DNA of 64,000 nt, taken from contig JAIKWD010000016.1 of the NCBI GenBank assembly GCA_024685175.1, positions 54,722 to 118,721 of the forward strand, in the 5' to 3' direction. How positions within the stretch are numbered: the stretch's first letter is position 1; each line of letters begins with the position of its first letter. The notes under the pieces are model-generated. The model was not told where the DNA came from, made no database searches, and saw only the letters and a list, made by a program, of their open reading frames with translations. Source of the stretch: Bacteroidales bacterium. GTDB taxonomy: Bacteria > Bacteroidota > Bacteroidia > Bacteroidales > WCHB1-69. This document shows positions 28,488-37,735 of the stretch, one piece after another. Position numbers and translations under genes: made by a program.

Positions 28488-31082
28488 TTAGTTTTTCTTG
28501 ACGCAACGGATACTGAATCCGCGGCCCTTTGCTTCTTCCTTGATGATCAGACTGGGGCAGGTATGAGTGATCTCGCTACACACGCCCTTGACGACTGTGG
28601 TTCCGGTAGTGACGGTCCAGAAGTCGGTCTGGGCCAAGATATTCTCGTAACGACCGGAGAAGTTGTCGCGGAAACCTGCGCCCACGGCGTCGAACTTATT
28701 GGCGGCAGGACCAGCGTGGCCGGGCAACCAGTCGCTTGTCTCAGGGGATTTCATATGATCTGCGTCACCGGCCTCGGCCAGCACCTGGTTGTATTCTTCC
28801 GCGGTGGGCAAACCCCAACCTTTGGGGCAAGCACCTTGCACATAGTCGCCCGTGGCACCGGAGACCTTAGCGGGAACGGCCTCGTTGTTGCCTTCAGACA
28901 CCCGCATTGCAGAGTACCAAGAGTAGAGACGACCGAAGTTCTCCTCGTTTTCGGTGAGGTCGGGTCTTTCAGGACTGGTGTAGACATCGGCCATAGGGAT
29001 GTTGGTGCCGTCGGAATAGAGCGTACTGCGCAAGTTCTCGGCCATCCAGCAGGTAAGGCCTACACGCATCGTGGCGTACCGGTGGCCTTCAATGTCCTCG
29101 GCGAACAAGTCATCACCGCAAGGCGGCAATGCAACGACCACGTCCTGGTTGTACTCGAACGTGCCGCAGTTCTCCTCTACCGTCCAAGAGATGGTATAGG
29201 TGCCGGGAGCATGACGCTCGGTCGTGTTGAAGTTGGGCGTAATGGATATCGGGGTCGGGTCGAGCACCGGAGTGGGAATAGAACTGAAATCGGCGTCGCT
29301 GTAGCCATAGTCCATAGCCAACTCATACGTGGTGAACTGATCGGTATAATCCACATTCTCCAGTTTGGTGATGTCGTAGGTACTGTTGGAGGTCATCTCC
29401 GCACAATCTTCATATTTCACCTGGTAACGATAACTGATCGTGGTGGTTACAAGCTCAAACGACACGGTGTATGTGGAACTCGTAGCACCAGCAATGTCGG
29501 TCCAAGCGCCACCGGCAATCGACTGTTGCCATTGGTAGGTAAACGCAGGGGCGATAACCTCGGGTCTTGCGGTCGGGGTGGCGGTCAATGTGGCGTTGAC
29601 ATCGTCATAGCCGCAATAGCCGCCGGCAGGATCGCCGGACACATCGATGGAGCCCGGCTCCAGCGGGTTGGGGTTAGTCACGACAAGCACATTGCTGACC
29701 ATCGTGCCGCAAGAAGTGGTATAAGTTCTTCTGAATTGGTTCGTCAAATCGGTGAGCAACGCCGTGGCGGGAATATAGGTCAAAGCGTTGGCATTGTCCA
29801 CATCGGTCCAGGTCGAGCCGTCGTAGGAGACTTGCCATCCATAGGTCGGATTCTCGCCACCGCCGGACGGGTCGGTGTCGCTGACAAACGTGTTGATGAC
29901 CATATCCTGACATACGAGCTGGTCGGCGCTGATTGTGCCGGCGGCAGCTTCGGGGTAGACGTAAACCGTAATGGTGAACTCATCGGAGTTGCCATCGTTG
30001 GTGGCCGTTACCGTGTAGACTACGATTTGTGTCTCGTCTGTGGTGTTGACCAAAGTCTGGCTGAAATCCGTCTGATCAATGCCTGCCGTAATGCCTAAGA
30101 TGCCCGTTGCGGTCGGGGCATCCCAAGAGTAACGGGTGTCGGCCGCGTCAAGGTTGAAGAGGTCGGGCTCTATGGTAGGTTGCACTCTCGTGGCGGAGCA
30201 GATAGTGTCCTTGAGGTCGGCCACCTCGATGTCGTGTTTGACATAGGTATAGGTCACGCGGACGCAGCCCTGTGCGCCAGGACCGCCAGGTGCTTTGTTT
30301 GGGATGAGGCCGAAAAGAGAATTCGTACACCACGCGCCGGCGCCGCCGCCGCCGTAGTTGTCACCCGCGGGAGGGTTGCCAGGCCAAGAGGAACCTGTTT
30401 TGGAACCCTTCGCGCCGTTACCGGCATCGCCGCCACCGCCAACACCTGCCGATCCATCGGCATTGCGAGTCGGTGCCACGGCATTGCCGCCGTTGCGGTC
30501 GGGACCGCCGGCACCACCGCCGTGACCAGCCTTGCTACCAGAATATGGAGCACTGCCGTTGCCACCAATACGGATGATGCTATTGCCCACGGAAGCCGAC
30601 ACGAGGGCCGCCGTCGCCTGGGTTTGATTGTTGGTACCTGTAACAGACACGCCACCGGCTGCCTTGACCACGTCGGAACCATTAATCGAGACTTTACTTT
30701 CACCTCCATCGGTAGCCGTGCCTTCGGGATTGGTTCCACCAGCACCGACCACTATGGAATAAGTGTCTCCCGCCGTGGGGTTCTCGATGATGCTTCGGGC
30801 GTATGCCGCACCGCTACCGCCGGCAGAGGTGGGAAAAGCGGAAAAGAAACCCGTTCTGTTGACACGACCGCCTGCACCGCCGCCGCCGATGGCCTCGAAG
30901 GTTACGCTGAGCACCTTGGCCGTGTCGGAAGGCACCGTCCACGTACTATTGCCAATCGTGCCGAAGAATTGCCCCCCGGTATACTCCACTTGTGCCTGAA
31001 GGCCTCCCTTCGGAGCCAACAACATCAAGAAGGCGAATATGGAAAACGTCAAGCATTTTCCGAACATTTTTTTCAATTTCAT
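28488..31082 (-). CDS. Secreted chimeric protein: glycine-rich N-terminal domain + PKD/Ig-like repeats + C-terminal FISUMP (Fibrobacter succinogenes major paralogous) domain
   Basis: 864 aa with a signal peptide. aa 32-280: YTGGQFFG..WTVPSDTAKVLSVTFEAIGGGGAGG...VVGAGG...GGGGAGAW (Gly_rich/PF12810-like from memory). aa ~283-650: Ig-like units with YxWQxSxxGxxWTDI motifs. aa 655-864: CWMAENL...YSWYSAM...CPKGWGLPTAEEY...GFSIRCVKKN, which is the FISUMP pattern. No T9SS CTD. Confidence 0.8.
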   Translation of the reverse strand: MKLKKMFGKCLTFSIFAFLMLLAPKGGLQAQVEYTGGQFFGTIGNSTWTVPSDTAKVLSVTFEAIGGGGAGGRVNRTGFFSAFPTSAGGSGAAYARSIIENPTAGDTYSIVVGAGGTNPEGTATDGGESKVSINGSDVVKAAGGVSVTGTNNQTQATAALVSASVGNSIIRIGGNGSAPYSGSKAGHGGGAGGPDRNGGNAVAPTRNADGSAGVGGGGDAGNGAKGSKTGSSWPGNPPAGDNYGGGGAGAWCTNSLFGLIPNKAPGGPGAQGCVRVTYTYVKHDIEVADLKDTICSATRVQPTIEPDLFNLDAADTRYSWDAPTATGILGITAGIDQTDFSQTLVNTTDETQIVVYTVTATNDGNSDEFTITVYVYPEAAAGTISADQLVCQDMVINTFVSDTDPSGGGENPTYGWQVSYDGSTWTDVDNANALTYIPATALLTDLTNQFRRTYTTSCGTMVSNVLVVTNPNPLEPGSIDVSGDPAGGYCGYDDVNATLTATPTARPEVIAPAFTYQWQQSIAGGAWTDIAGATSSTYTVSFELVTTTISYRYQVKYEDCAEMTSNSTYDITKLENVDYTDQFTTYELAMDYGYSDADFSSIPTPVLDPTPISITPNFNTTERHAPGTYTISWTVEENCGTFEYNQDVVVALPPCGDDLFAEDIEGHRYATMRVGLTCWMAENLRSTLYSDGTNIPMADVYTSPERPDLTENEENFGRLYSWYSAMRVSEGNNEAVPAKVSGATGDYVQGACPKGWGLPTAEEYNQVLAEAGDADHMKSPETSDWLPGHAGPAANKFDAVGAGFRDNFSGRYENILAQTDFWTVTTGTTVVKGVCSEITHTCPSLIIKEEAKGRGFSIRCVKKN

Positions 31083-31176
31083 TGTCTTTTTTACTTAATT
31101 TCTAATCTTTTTATTCTTATTAAATGTAATAATAATGGACTATTTGACAACTTTGGCCCATTTTTCAAAAAACTGC

Positions 31177-31184
31177 CAAAAATA
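31177..31184 (-). promoter_or_regulatory. Putative -7 box (TAnnTTTG)
   Basis: Minus strand TATTTTTG, 94 nt upstream of the ATG at 31082. Confidence 0.4.
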
Positions 31185-31329
31185 GATTTTTATTTATTAA
31201 AACTTGCATTTTTGTGAATACTAACAGCGTTTTTTTGATAAATAATTCTACAACTATCTATTTATTAGGTTTTTAAAAGTGTTAATAATCGTTAACCAAA
31301 TCAAACAACAAGGTTAGTCACATTTTTAC

Positions 31330-31337
31330 TACCTTTG
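31330..31337 (+). promoter_or_regulatory. Putative -7 box (TAnnTTTG)
   Basis: TACCTTTG, 19 nt upstream of the gldB ATG. Confidence 0.5.
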
Positions 31338-31356
31338 CAACTCTAAAACCATTCCT

Positions 31357-32385
31357 ATGAAAAAGACATTATTGATAATATTGTCGCTTGTCCTTTGTTG
31401 CACTGCCTGTCACAAAAAAGAAAAAGTGGCCACGCCAAAACTTACGCCAAAACAAGAGAGCCAAGTCAAAAACGTGGAAATCAACATTGTACGTTATGAT
31501 CAAATGCTTTTCAACTTAGATCCAAACAATCTCGCGGCAGGAGTGGAGAGTCTTTATGGCAAAGTGCCTGAAATTCTTATAGCCAAAGATTGCTGGAAGG
31601 ATGCGAAGATGATGAAATCGCTCAAGGGTTATCTTACCGATCAGACGATTAAAGACATCTACAAAGAAACCCAAAAACAATATCCTAATCTCAACGATCT
31701 TGAACAACAACTTTCTGAAGCTTTCAAGATTTACTTGACACATTTTCCCGATGATACGCTTCCACAGATTTATGCCATGGTTTCCGGTTTGGATTTCTCC
31801 ATTCCTTCTGCTTGGGGATATGGCAATAGCATGTTCATCAATCTAGACATGTATTTGGGAAAAGACTACAAGTATTACGAATACGCCGGCATGCCCAAGT
31901 TTGTCAGCGCCCGTTGCACACGCAATCACATCCCAACCGATTGCTTTACCAAAGTAATGGCTTATCGTCATTTGCCCGACAAGACGCTTGTTACGCTTCT
32001 GGATAATATGATTTACGAAGGGAAAAAGCTTTTCCTGACTCAAACCATGTTCCCCAATGCGTCCAAACAGGATATTATTGGATACGACAATGACAAATAC
32101 AATTGGATTGTGCAACATGAAGGTCAAGTATGGCAATTCTTTATCGAAAAGAACCTGCTGTATTCCAAGGATGAAGATGCCATCCGACGTTTCATAGACG
32201 AAACCCCTTTTACTCGCGACTTCGGCAACAATTCTCCAGGTCGTGCCGGGGCCTATCTAGGCTGGCGGATCATACAAAGCTATATGAAACAACATCCTGA
32301 GATTACACTTGCTGAAATTATGAGCAATCCCAATGCCCAAAAAATCCTCACGGAATCATTTTACAAACCATCATTAAAAAAATAA
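31357..32385 (+). CDS. gldB: Gliding-motility-type lipoprotein GldB
   Basis: 342 aa with lipobox CCTAC. IVRYDQMLF, DMYLGKDYKYYE, MIYEGKKLFL, WQFFIEKNLLYSKDE..RRFI.ETPFT, NSPGRAGAYLGWRIIQSYM and C-terminal FYKP follow the GldB family pattern as I recall it. Confidence 0.75.
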   Translation: MKKTLLIILSLVLCCTACHKKEKVATPKLTPKQESQVKNVEINIVRYDQMLFNLDPNNLAAGVESLYGKVPEILIAKDCWKDAKMMKSLKGYLTDQTIKDIYKETQKQYPNLNDLEQQLSEAFKIYLTHFPDDTLPQIYAMVSGLDFSIPSAWGYGNSMFINLDMYLGKDYKYYEYAGMPKFVSARCTRNHIPTDCFTKVMAYRHLPDKTLVTLLDNMIYEGKKLFLTQTMFPNASKQDIIGYDNDKYNWIVQHEGQVWQFFIEKNLLYSKDEDAIRRFIDETPFTRDFGNNSPGRAGAYLGWRIIQSYMKQHPEITLAEIMSNPNAQKILTESFYKPSLKK

Positions 32386-32427
32386 TTAACAATATTATAA
32401 TTTTATTGAAATATTAAAAATTTTTAT

Positions 32428-32435
32428 TATCTTTG
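32428..32435 (+). promoter_or_regulatory. Putative -7 box (TAnnTTTG)
   Basis: TATCTTTG, 24 nt upstream of the ssb ATG. Confidence 0.5.
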
Positions 32436-32459
32436 CACCGAACTTAAAAACAAATTACT

Positions 32460-32906
32460 ATGTCAGGAGTTAATAAAGTAATCTTGATTGGTCGGTTAGG
32501 AAAGGATCCCGACGTCAGAACTTTTGAAAACAATGTAAAAAAAGCATCCTTCACGATGGCAACATCGGAGTATTACAGAGACAAAAATGGCAACCGTGTA
32601 GAGGCTACCGAATGGCACAACATCATTTGTTGGCGCAATTTGGCTGAAAACGCCGAAAAGTACCTCAACAAGGGTAAGATGATTTACCTAGAGGGTCGTT
32701 TGCGTACACGCAATTGGGAAGACAATGGCCAAAAGCGTTACATTACGGAAATCGAAGCTAACACTTTCACGATCTTGACTCCGAAGGGCGACGAAAGCGG
32801 TTCTGTAGCCACGCAAGTGCCCAACAACGCAGGTGCTGCTGTGCCCACTGTTCCCGACACGGCTTATGAACCCGGTCCTGACGGAACCGACGATCTGCCA
32901 TTTTAA
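32460..32906 (+). CDS. ssb: Single-stranded DNA-binding protein
   Basis: 148 aa, MSGVNKVILIGRLGKDPDVR, OB fold, acidic DDLPF tail. Confidence 0.95.
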   Translation: MSGVNKVILIGRLGKDPDVRTFENNVKKASFTMATSEYYRDKNGNRVEATEWHNIICWRNLAENAEKYLNKGKMIYLEGRLRTRNWEDNGQKRYITEIEANTFTILTPKGDESGSVATQVPNNAGAAVPTVPDTAYEPGPDGTDDLPF

Positions 32907-32926
32907 CAAATAGCCATTTGTATTTA

Positions 32927-32963
32927 GTAAAGGGGTTTTAAAAGTATTTAAAACCCCTTTACT
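32927..32963. terminator. Bidirectional hairpin between convergent ssb and folP (overlaps the folP stop)
   Basis: AGTAAAGGGGTTTTA...TAAAACCCCTTTACT, a long AT-rich stem followed by T-runs on both strands. Confidence 0.6.
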
Positions 32964-33772
32964 ATTTTTCTGACCTCTACTGCCTCCTTCACGTCATGTA
33001 CGCGCAGGATGGCGGCGCCCTTGGTGAGGGCGATGGTGTTGAGCACCGTCGTACCGTTGAGGGCGTGGTCGGGAGTGGTGTCCAATAGTTTATAAATCAT
33101 TGATTTCCTTGATATTCCAACCAAAATTGGCAAACCAAAAACGTGAAATGCCTCCAGGTTGTCCATTAGGTAGTAGTTTTGTTCCAACGTCTTGCCGAAG
33201 CCGAATCCGGGGTCAAGGATGATGTCGTGGACGTGGGCATCGTAGAGCTTGGCGATCTGTTGGCCGAAGAACTCCATCATATCGGCGAGGAGGTCGTCGT
33301 ATTGGGTATGCTGCTGCATCCGGTCCGGCTTGGCGGGAGTGTGCATCAGTACGTATGGCACCTGTAGTTCGCCGATGGTGGGGATCATATCGGGGTCGAA
33401 TGTGCCGCCGGAGATGTCGTTGATGATGGCGGCACCCTCCTGCACGGCGGCACGGGCCACCGAGGCGCGCCAAGTGTCCACGGACATCATCGCGTCGGGG
33501 TACGCGGACATAATTGTGGCGACCCATTTCCGGATGCGAGCCACCTCTTCCTCTTCGGGCAGGTCCTGTGCGCCGGGGCGCGTCGAAACCGCCCCGATAT
33601 CAATGATGTCCGCCCCTTCTTCCAACATCTGCCCTACCCTGCTCAACACTGTATCTTCGGTTTGGTATTTGCCACCGTCATAAAACGAATCTTCGGTGAC
33701 ATTCAAGATGCCCATAACCATCGGAGTTTCCAAAGAATGCAGGCGCTGGGATAAATTGATTTGTTGCAACAT
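32948..33772 (-). CDS. folP: Dihydropteroate synthase
   Basis: 274 aa, MGILNVTEDSFYDGG, DIGAVSTRPG, DPGFGFGKT. Confidence 0.95.
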   Translation of the reverse strand: MLQQINLSQRLHSLETPMVMGILNVTEDSFYDGGKYQTEDTVLSRVGQMLEEGADIIDIGAVSTRPGAQDLPEEEEVARIRKWVATIMSAYPDAMMSVDTWRASVARAAVQEGAAIINDISGGTFDPDMIPTIGELQVPYVLMHTPAKPDRMQQHTQYDDLLADMMEFFGQQIAKLYDAHVHDIILDPGFGFGKTLEQNYYLMDNLEAFHVFGLPILVGISRKSMIYKLLDTTPDHALNGTTVLNTIALTKGAAILRVHDVKEAVEVRKIVKGF

Positions 33773-33791
33773 CTCACATTGAATTTCGCGA

Positions 33792-33799
33792 CAAAATTA
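33792..33799 (-). promoter_or_regulatory. Putative -7 box (TAnnTTTG)
   Basis: Minus strand TAATTTTG, 19 nt upstream of the folP ATG and directly after the pruA terminator. Confidence 0.45.
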
Positions 33800-33800
33800 T

Positions 33801-33837
33801 AAAAAAAATGTAGAGGCAACGCATGGTTGCCTCTACA
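33801..33837 (-). terminator. Rho-independent terminator of pruA
   Basis: Minus strand TGTAGAGGCAAC-CATGC-GTTGCCTCTACA followed by T8. Confidence 0.9.
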
Positions 33838-33882
33838 CATGTTATTGGGTAATGACGCCACAATGTGGCATCGTTGGATACA

Positions 33883-35511
33883 TTATTTTGCCAGGAACGG
33901 ATAACCGTAGTCGGTGGCGGGAACGAACGTCTCCTTGATACAACGAGCGCTGATCCAACGCACAAGGTTGAGCATACTACCGGCCTTGTCGTTGGTGCCG
34001 GAAGCACGAGCACCGCCGAAGGGTTGGCAACCCACCACAGCGCCCGTAGGCTTGTCGTTGATGTAGAAGTTGCCCGCAGAGTGACGGAGCATCTGTTCGG
34101 CCTTCTCGATGGCATAACGGTCTTGGGCGAAAATGGAACCCGTGAGGGCATACGGTGAAGTCTCGTCGCAGACGCGCAACATCTCTTCAAATTTGTCGTC
34201 ATCATACACATAAACGGTGATGACAGGTCCGAAGATCTCTTCGCGGATGGACTCGTAATCGGGCTTCTTAGCCACGATAATGGTCGGCTCCACAAAATAG
34301 CCCACCGACTTGTCGTAATGGCCGCCCAGGGCGATTTCAGCGTCGTTGGAGGCCTTTGCACGGTCAATGTAACCGGCAATGTTGTCGAAGGACTTCTCAT
34401 CGATGACCGCATTGACGAAGTTGGAGAAGTCGCGAACGTCACCCATCTTCACGGTGGTCATCATATCTTTGATGTGCTCCAATGTAGGTTCCCACAAAGA
34501 CTTGGGAACGTATGCACGGGATGCGGCGGAGCATTTCTGTCCTTGATATTCGAAGGCGCCACGCAGAATGGCCACGGCCAACTCGCGAGCGGGAGCGGTC
34601 TTGTGAGCAAAGATGAAATCCTTGCCACCCGTTTCGCCCACGATCTTGGGATAGGTGTTATAGATGTCGATATTCTCGCCAATGAGTTTCCAGAAGCTCT
34701 TGAACGTGGATGTGCTGCCCGTAAAGTGGATACCTGCCAAGTGCGGTGACTTGAAGGCCACTTTGCTGATAACGGAACCGCTACCCGGCAGGAAGTTGAT
34801 GACGCCGTCGGGCAGACCGGCCTCTTGCAACAACTTCATAATGTAGTAGTTGGACAAGATGGCGGTGGTGGAAGGTTTCCAAATGGTCACGTTGCCCATC
34901 AAGGCGGGAGCCACGTTGAGGTTCAGTGCAATGGAGGTGAAGTTGAACGGGGTGATGGCGTACACGAAACCCTCCATTCCACGATACTCATTGCGGTTGA
35001 GTGTGCTGTGGTCGGAAATAGGTTGTTGGCCATAGAGTTGGGAAGCAAAATAGGTATTGAAACGCAAAAAGTCGATAGCCTCGCACGGGCAGTCGATCTC
35101 GGCCTGCATCGGGCTCTTGCCCTGACCCAACATACAAGAAGCATTGAGGATGTATCTGTATTTGGTGGCCAACAATTCAGCGGCTTTCATCATAATGGCA
35201 GCTCTTTGGATCCAAGGCATCTCTTCCCAATCTTTCTTGGCTGCCATAGCGGCATCGATAGCCATCTGAACCTCTTTTTCCCCTACTTTGTGATAGTTGG
35301 CCAACACATGGCTGTGTTCGGTGGGCATAACTACCTGGCCCATGTTTCCGGTCTTCACTTCCTTACCGCCGATAATCAACGGGATTTCTATTACCTGATT
35401 ATATTGTTTGTCTAATTCGGCTTGCAAGAGTTTTCTTTCAGGAGTTCCCGGCGCATAGGAATACACAGGTTCATTTTGGGGTTCTCTGAATACGTAATTT
35501 GCGTTGTTCAT
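33883..35511 (-). CDS. pruA: L-glutamate gamma-semialdehyde (1-pyrroline-5-carboxylate) dehydrogenase
   Basis: ORF 33883..35568 trimmed to MNNANYVFREPQNEPVYSYAPGTPER. Aldehyde dehydrogenase fold (ETGGKD, GQKCSA). 542 aa. Confidence 0.88.
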   Translation of the reverse strand: MNNANYVFREPQNEPVYSYAPGTPERKLLQAELDKQYNQVIEIPLIIGGKEVKTGNMGQVVMPTEHSHVLANYHKVGEKEVQMAIDAAMAAKKDWEEMPWIQRAAIMMKAAELLATKYRYILNASCMLGQGKSPMQAEIDCPCEAIDFLRFNTYFASQLYGQQPISDHSTLNRNEYRGMEGFVYAITPFNFTSIALNLNVAPALMGNVTIWKPSTTAILSNYYIMKLLQEAGLPDGVINFLPGSGSVISKVAFKSPHLAGIHFTGSTSTFKSFWKLIGENIDIYNTYPKIVGETGGKDFIFAHKTAPARELAVAILRGAFEYQGQKCSAASRAYVPKSLWEPTLEHIKDMMTTVKMGDVRDFSNFVNAVIDEKSFDNIAGYIDRAKASNDAEIALGGHYDKSVGYFVEPTIIVAKKPDYESIREEIFGPVITVYVYDDDKFEEMLRVCDETSPYALTGSIFAQDRYAIEKAEQMLRHSAGNFYINDKPTGAVVGCQPFGGARASGTNDKAGSMLNLVRWISARCIKETFVPATDYGYPFLAK

Positions 35512-35565
35512 AGATTTTAATTTAAGTTTAAAAAAAATGATTGGTTGTTTTGCAAAAATGCGGCG

Positions 35566-35573
35566 CAAATATA
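35566..35573 (-). promoter_or_regulatory. Putative -7 box (TAnnTTTG)
   Basis: Minus strand TATATTTG, 54 nt upstream of the pruA ATG. Confidence 0.5.
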
Positions 35574-35603
35574 CAAAAAAAAACGCACGTTTGAACGTGC
35601 GTT
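35574..35603 (-). terminator. Rho-independent terminator of the glnA/membrane-protein unit
   Basis: Minus strand ACGCACGT-TCAA-ACGTGCGT followed by T10. Confidence 0.85.
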
Positions 35604-35621
35604 TGTGTTTGATTTGTTTAA

Positions 35622-36122
35622 TTAAAACAACCGTTGAATATCGGTTTTCAATACGGTCAACGCGTGGTCCACGACGGGCTTTTGCGCCGCCGCAATCAGC
35701 AAGGCCTCGGCAAACTGCTGGTTGTCGGCTCCTTCTTCCATCTGTTCTGCCACTGTGTTGATAATGTCAATGATGTCATTTTTTGCATTGCTCACCTCAG
35801 TCCACACCTGATTGGAGATATAGATTTGTTGTGAAAGATTATGCTCGAACTCCGTCCGAATGGCGGTTAAAAAAAGGTTTTGCTCTTGAGGTATCGTCAA
35901 ACCGGGTGCGTGAATACGCATAACCAATTGATTGGGTTCTATACGCTCCAAAAAGAGAGCCATACGTTCATACGCTTGCAGACGTAAAGGTAATACGATA
36001 CCTTTCGTTTCCTTGCTGTTTTGCATCGCCTGGAGCTTGACAGATCGATCAGACCACATTTTGAAAATGGTCACGATGGCCACGAAAACCAGGCAAGCTA
36101 CGATAATTACGGTTGTATTCAT
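35622..36122 (-). CDS. Hypothetical single-pass membrane protein (166 aa)
   Basis: ORF 35622..36134 trimmed to MNTTVIIVACLVFVAIVTIF. That ATG lies 2 nt after the glnA stop. No family recognised. Confidence 0.5.
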   Translation of the reverse strand: MNTTVIIVACLVFVAIVTIFKMWSDRSVKLQAMQNSKETKGIVLPLRLQAYERMALFLERIEPNQLVMRIHAPGLTIPQEQNLFLTAIRTEFEHNLSQQIYISNQVWTEVSNAKNDIIDIINTVAEQMEEGADNQQFAEALLIAAAQKPVVDHALTVLKTDIQRLF

Positions 36123-36124
36123 TT

Positions 36125-37633
36125 TTATCCACAATAGAAGTATTCATCGACCATTTTGGTCATCAAGTCGGGATTGTTGACAATCTCCTTACGGATTTTT
36201 TGGTCTTTGAAAGATTTGAGTTGTTTTACGATATCATCGATCATCTCGGCGTTGAAGACACCGTGGTTTTCGAATATTTCCCTATTTCTGCTCAATTCGT
36301 CGGCAGATTCCCAGCAAGAGGTAGGCAATTGGGCGAGTTTCTCGACCAGGGCTTTGTTCTCAGGACGATGGATGTCCACGTCAACGTAGGTCTTCTCTGC
36401 GAATTGGAGAGCACCTTCCATCTCAAAGCCATGGCGTGCTGCGCACACAAGACCGGCTAATAACAAATAGATGTCGGCGGAACCGTCCGGACAACGGAAC
36501 TCTACGGTCTGTTTTTGGGAACGGTCTTTCTTGACCGGTTTTTCCATCGGGTTGAGTTCAGCCACAATGTCGTTCTTGTGCGTCCAGCCCAGGGGTACGC
36601 GCACGAGCACGGAACGGTTACGGTCGCCCCAGCAGATGGAGGTGGGAGCCTCTTGATGAGGTACCAAACGGAAATAAGAGGTGGGGTTGGTATTGCCGAA
36701 AGCCGTCAAGGAACCGGCACAAGTCATATAGCCAGCAATAGCCGTTTTTGCAATGGAATTCAGCTTGCCTTTGGTTACATATTGGTTTTTACCTTCGGCA
36801 TTTACGATACAAGTGTGGATATGCAAGCCACTACCAGCCTTACCAGCCGTGATTTTCGGAGAGAAAGTGACATCCAAGCCGTATTCATAAGCCAGATTGC
36901 GGATGATCCACTTTGCCAAAACCAACTGATTGGCTGCTTCTTCTACGTCAGTGACGAGGAATTCAATTTCATTTTGCTCATAAATCTTATCATTCATGGT
37001 GAAGTTGCCCACTTCGGAGTGACCATATTTGATTTTGCCGCCGGCCTTGGCTATGTTGTACATACATTCGGCGCGGAAGCTCTCAAATTTGGTAAAGGGA
37101 GCAGACTCGTGATAGCCACGTTGATCAGGGATGGTGTACAAACTCTCGGCATCGCCGATAACGTAGTATTCCAATTCGCCCATGGCCTGGAAATACATGC
37201 CCGTCACCTCGGTGAAAGAACGGCTGGCCTTGCGCAAGATATATTCGGGAGAGTTCTCCAAGGGTTGTCCGTCTTTGTTATAGTAGGAACAAAGAAATGA
37301 CAAGGTTGGAATCTCGGCAAACGGATTGATGAACGCCGTGGAAAAACGAGGGATCACATAAAGATCGGAGGAGCCGGCGTGAATAAAAGCGGGAAAGATA
37401 TTGGAACCGTCCACGCGCTCGCCATTAGAGAGGATTTGCTCCATATACTCGCGACTGTGCAACACAAAACCCAACGTTTTGATTCGGCCGTCACCGGCCA
37501 CATAATGGAAGTTGATCATTTTGATGCCGTTTTCTTCCACGTAACGCATCATGTCGGCTTTAGTAAACTCCTTTGGACTCTTTTTCAAATAGTTAACCAA
37601 AGGATTCATGCTCATAGTGATAGATTCTTTCAT
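36125..37633 (-). CDS. glnA: Glutamine synthetase family protein (about 500-aa form)
   Basis: 502 aa with a beta-grasp N-terminus and catalytic-domain motifs (KYGHSEVG, GSGLHIH, NPTSYFRLVP). Confidence 0.8.
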   Translation of the reverse strand: MKESITMSMNPLVNYLKKSPKEFTKADMMRYVEENGIKMINFHYVAGDGRIKTLGFVLHSREYMEQILSNGERVDGSNIFPAFIHAGSSDLYVIPRFSTAFINPFAEIPTLSFLCSYYNKDGQPLENSPEYILRKASRSFTEVTGMYFQAMGELEYYVIGDAESLYTIPDQRGYHESAPFTKFESFRAECMYNIAKAGGKIKYGHSEVGNFTMNDKIYEQNEIEFLVTDVEEAANQLVLAKWIIRNLAYEYGLDVTFSPKITAGKAGSGLHIHTCIVNAEGKNQYVTKGKLNSIAKTAIAGYMTCAGSLTAFGNTNPTSYFRLVPHQEAPTSICWGDRNRSVLVRVPLGWTHKNDIVAELNPMEKPVKKDRSQKQTVEFRCPDGSADIYLLLAGLVCAARHGFEMEGALQFAEKTYVDVDIHRPENKALVEKLAQLPTSCWESADELSRNREIFENHGVFNAEMIDDIVKQLKSFKDQKIRKEIVNNPDLMTKMVDEYFYCG

Positions 37634-37675
37634 AGCGTATATCTTTAATTTTTAATTGATTTCCTATCGGGACCG

Positions 37676-37683
37676 CAAAGATA
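37676..37683 (-). promoter_or_regulatory. Putative -7 box (TAnnTTTG)
   Basis: Minus strand TATCTTTG, 42 nt upstream of the glnA ATG. Confidence 0.5.
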
Positions 37684-37718
37684 CTAAAAAAGGGGTTACG
37701 CAATGCGCAACCCCTTTA
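37684..37718 (-). terminator. Rho-independent terminator of the 4,517-aa gene
   Basis: Minus strand AAAGGGGTTGCG-CATT-GCGTAACCCCTTT followed by TTTTAGT. Confidence 0.8.
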
Positions 37719-37735
37719 AAGTTGAGTTTAAAAGC

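Noticed and set aside
30243-30989. Glycine-rich region as collagen-like, PE-PGRS-like or mere low complexity
   Set aside because: There is no G-X-Y periodicity. The Gly blocks are interspersed with conserved hydrophobic beta-like segments (LSVTFEAIG, YSIVVGAGG, CVRVTYTYV), which suggests a folded domain. It is reported as a finding rather than dismissed.
21085-31217. Other long antisense ORFs (21085..22527, 22552..23472, 23520..24545, 24855..26126, 26165..27349, 27380..28363, 28563..30098, 30180..31217; also 19959..20978)
   Set aside because: Each overlaps a confidently identified gene on the other strand (S46 peptidase, valS, purC, aminotransferase, the 864-aa protein, dksA-like/lspA). They are stop-codon-poor shadows of GC3-rich genes.
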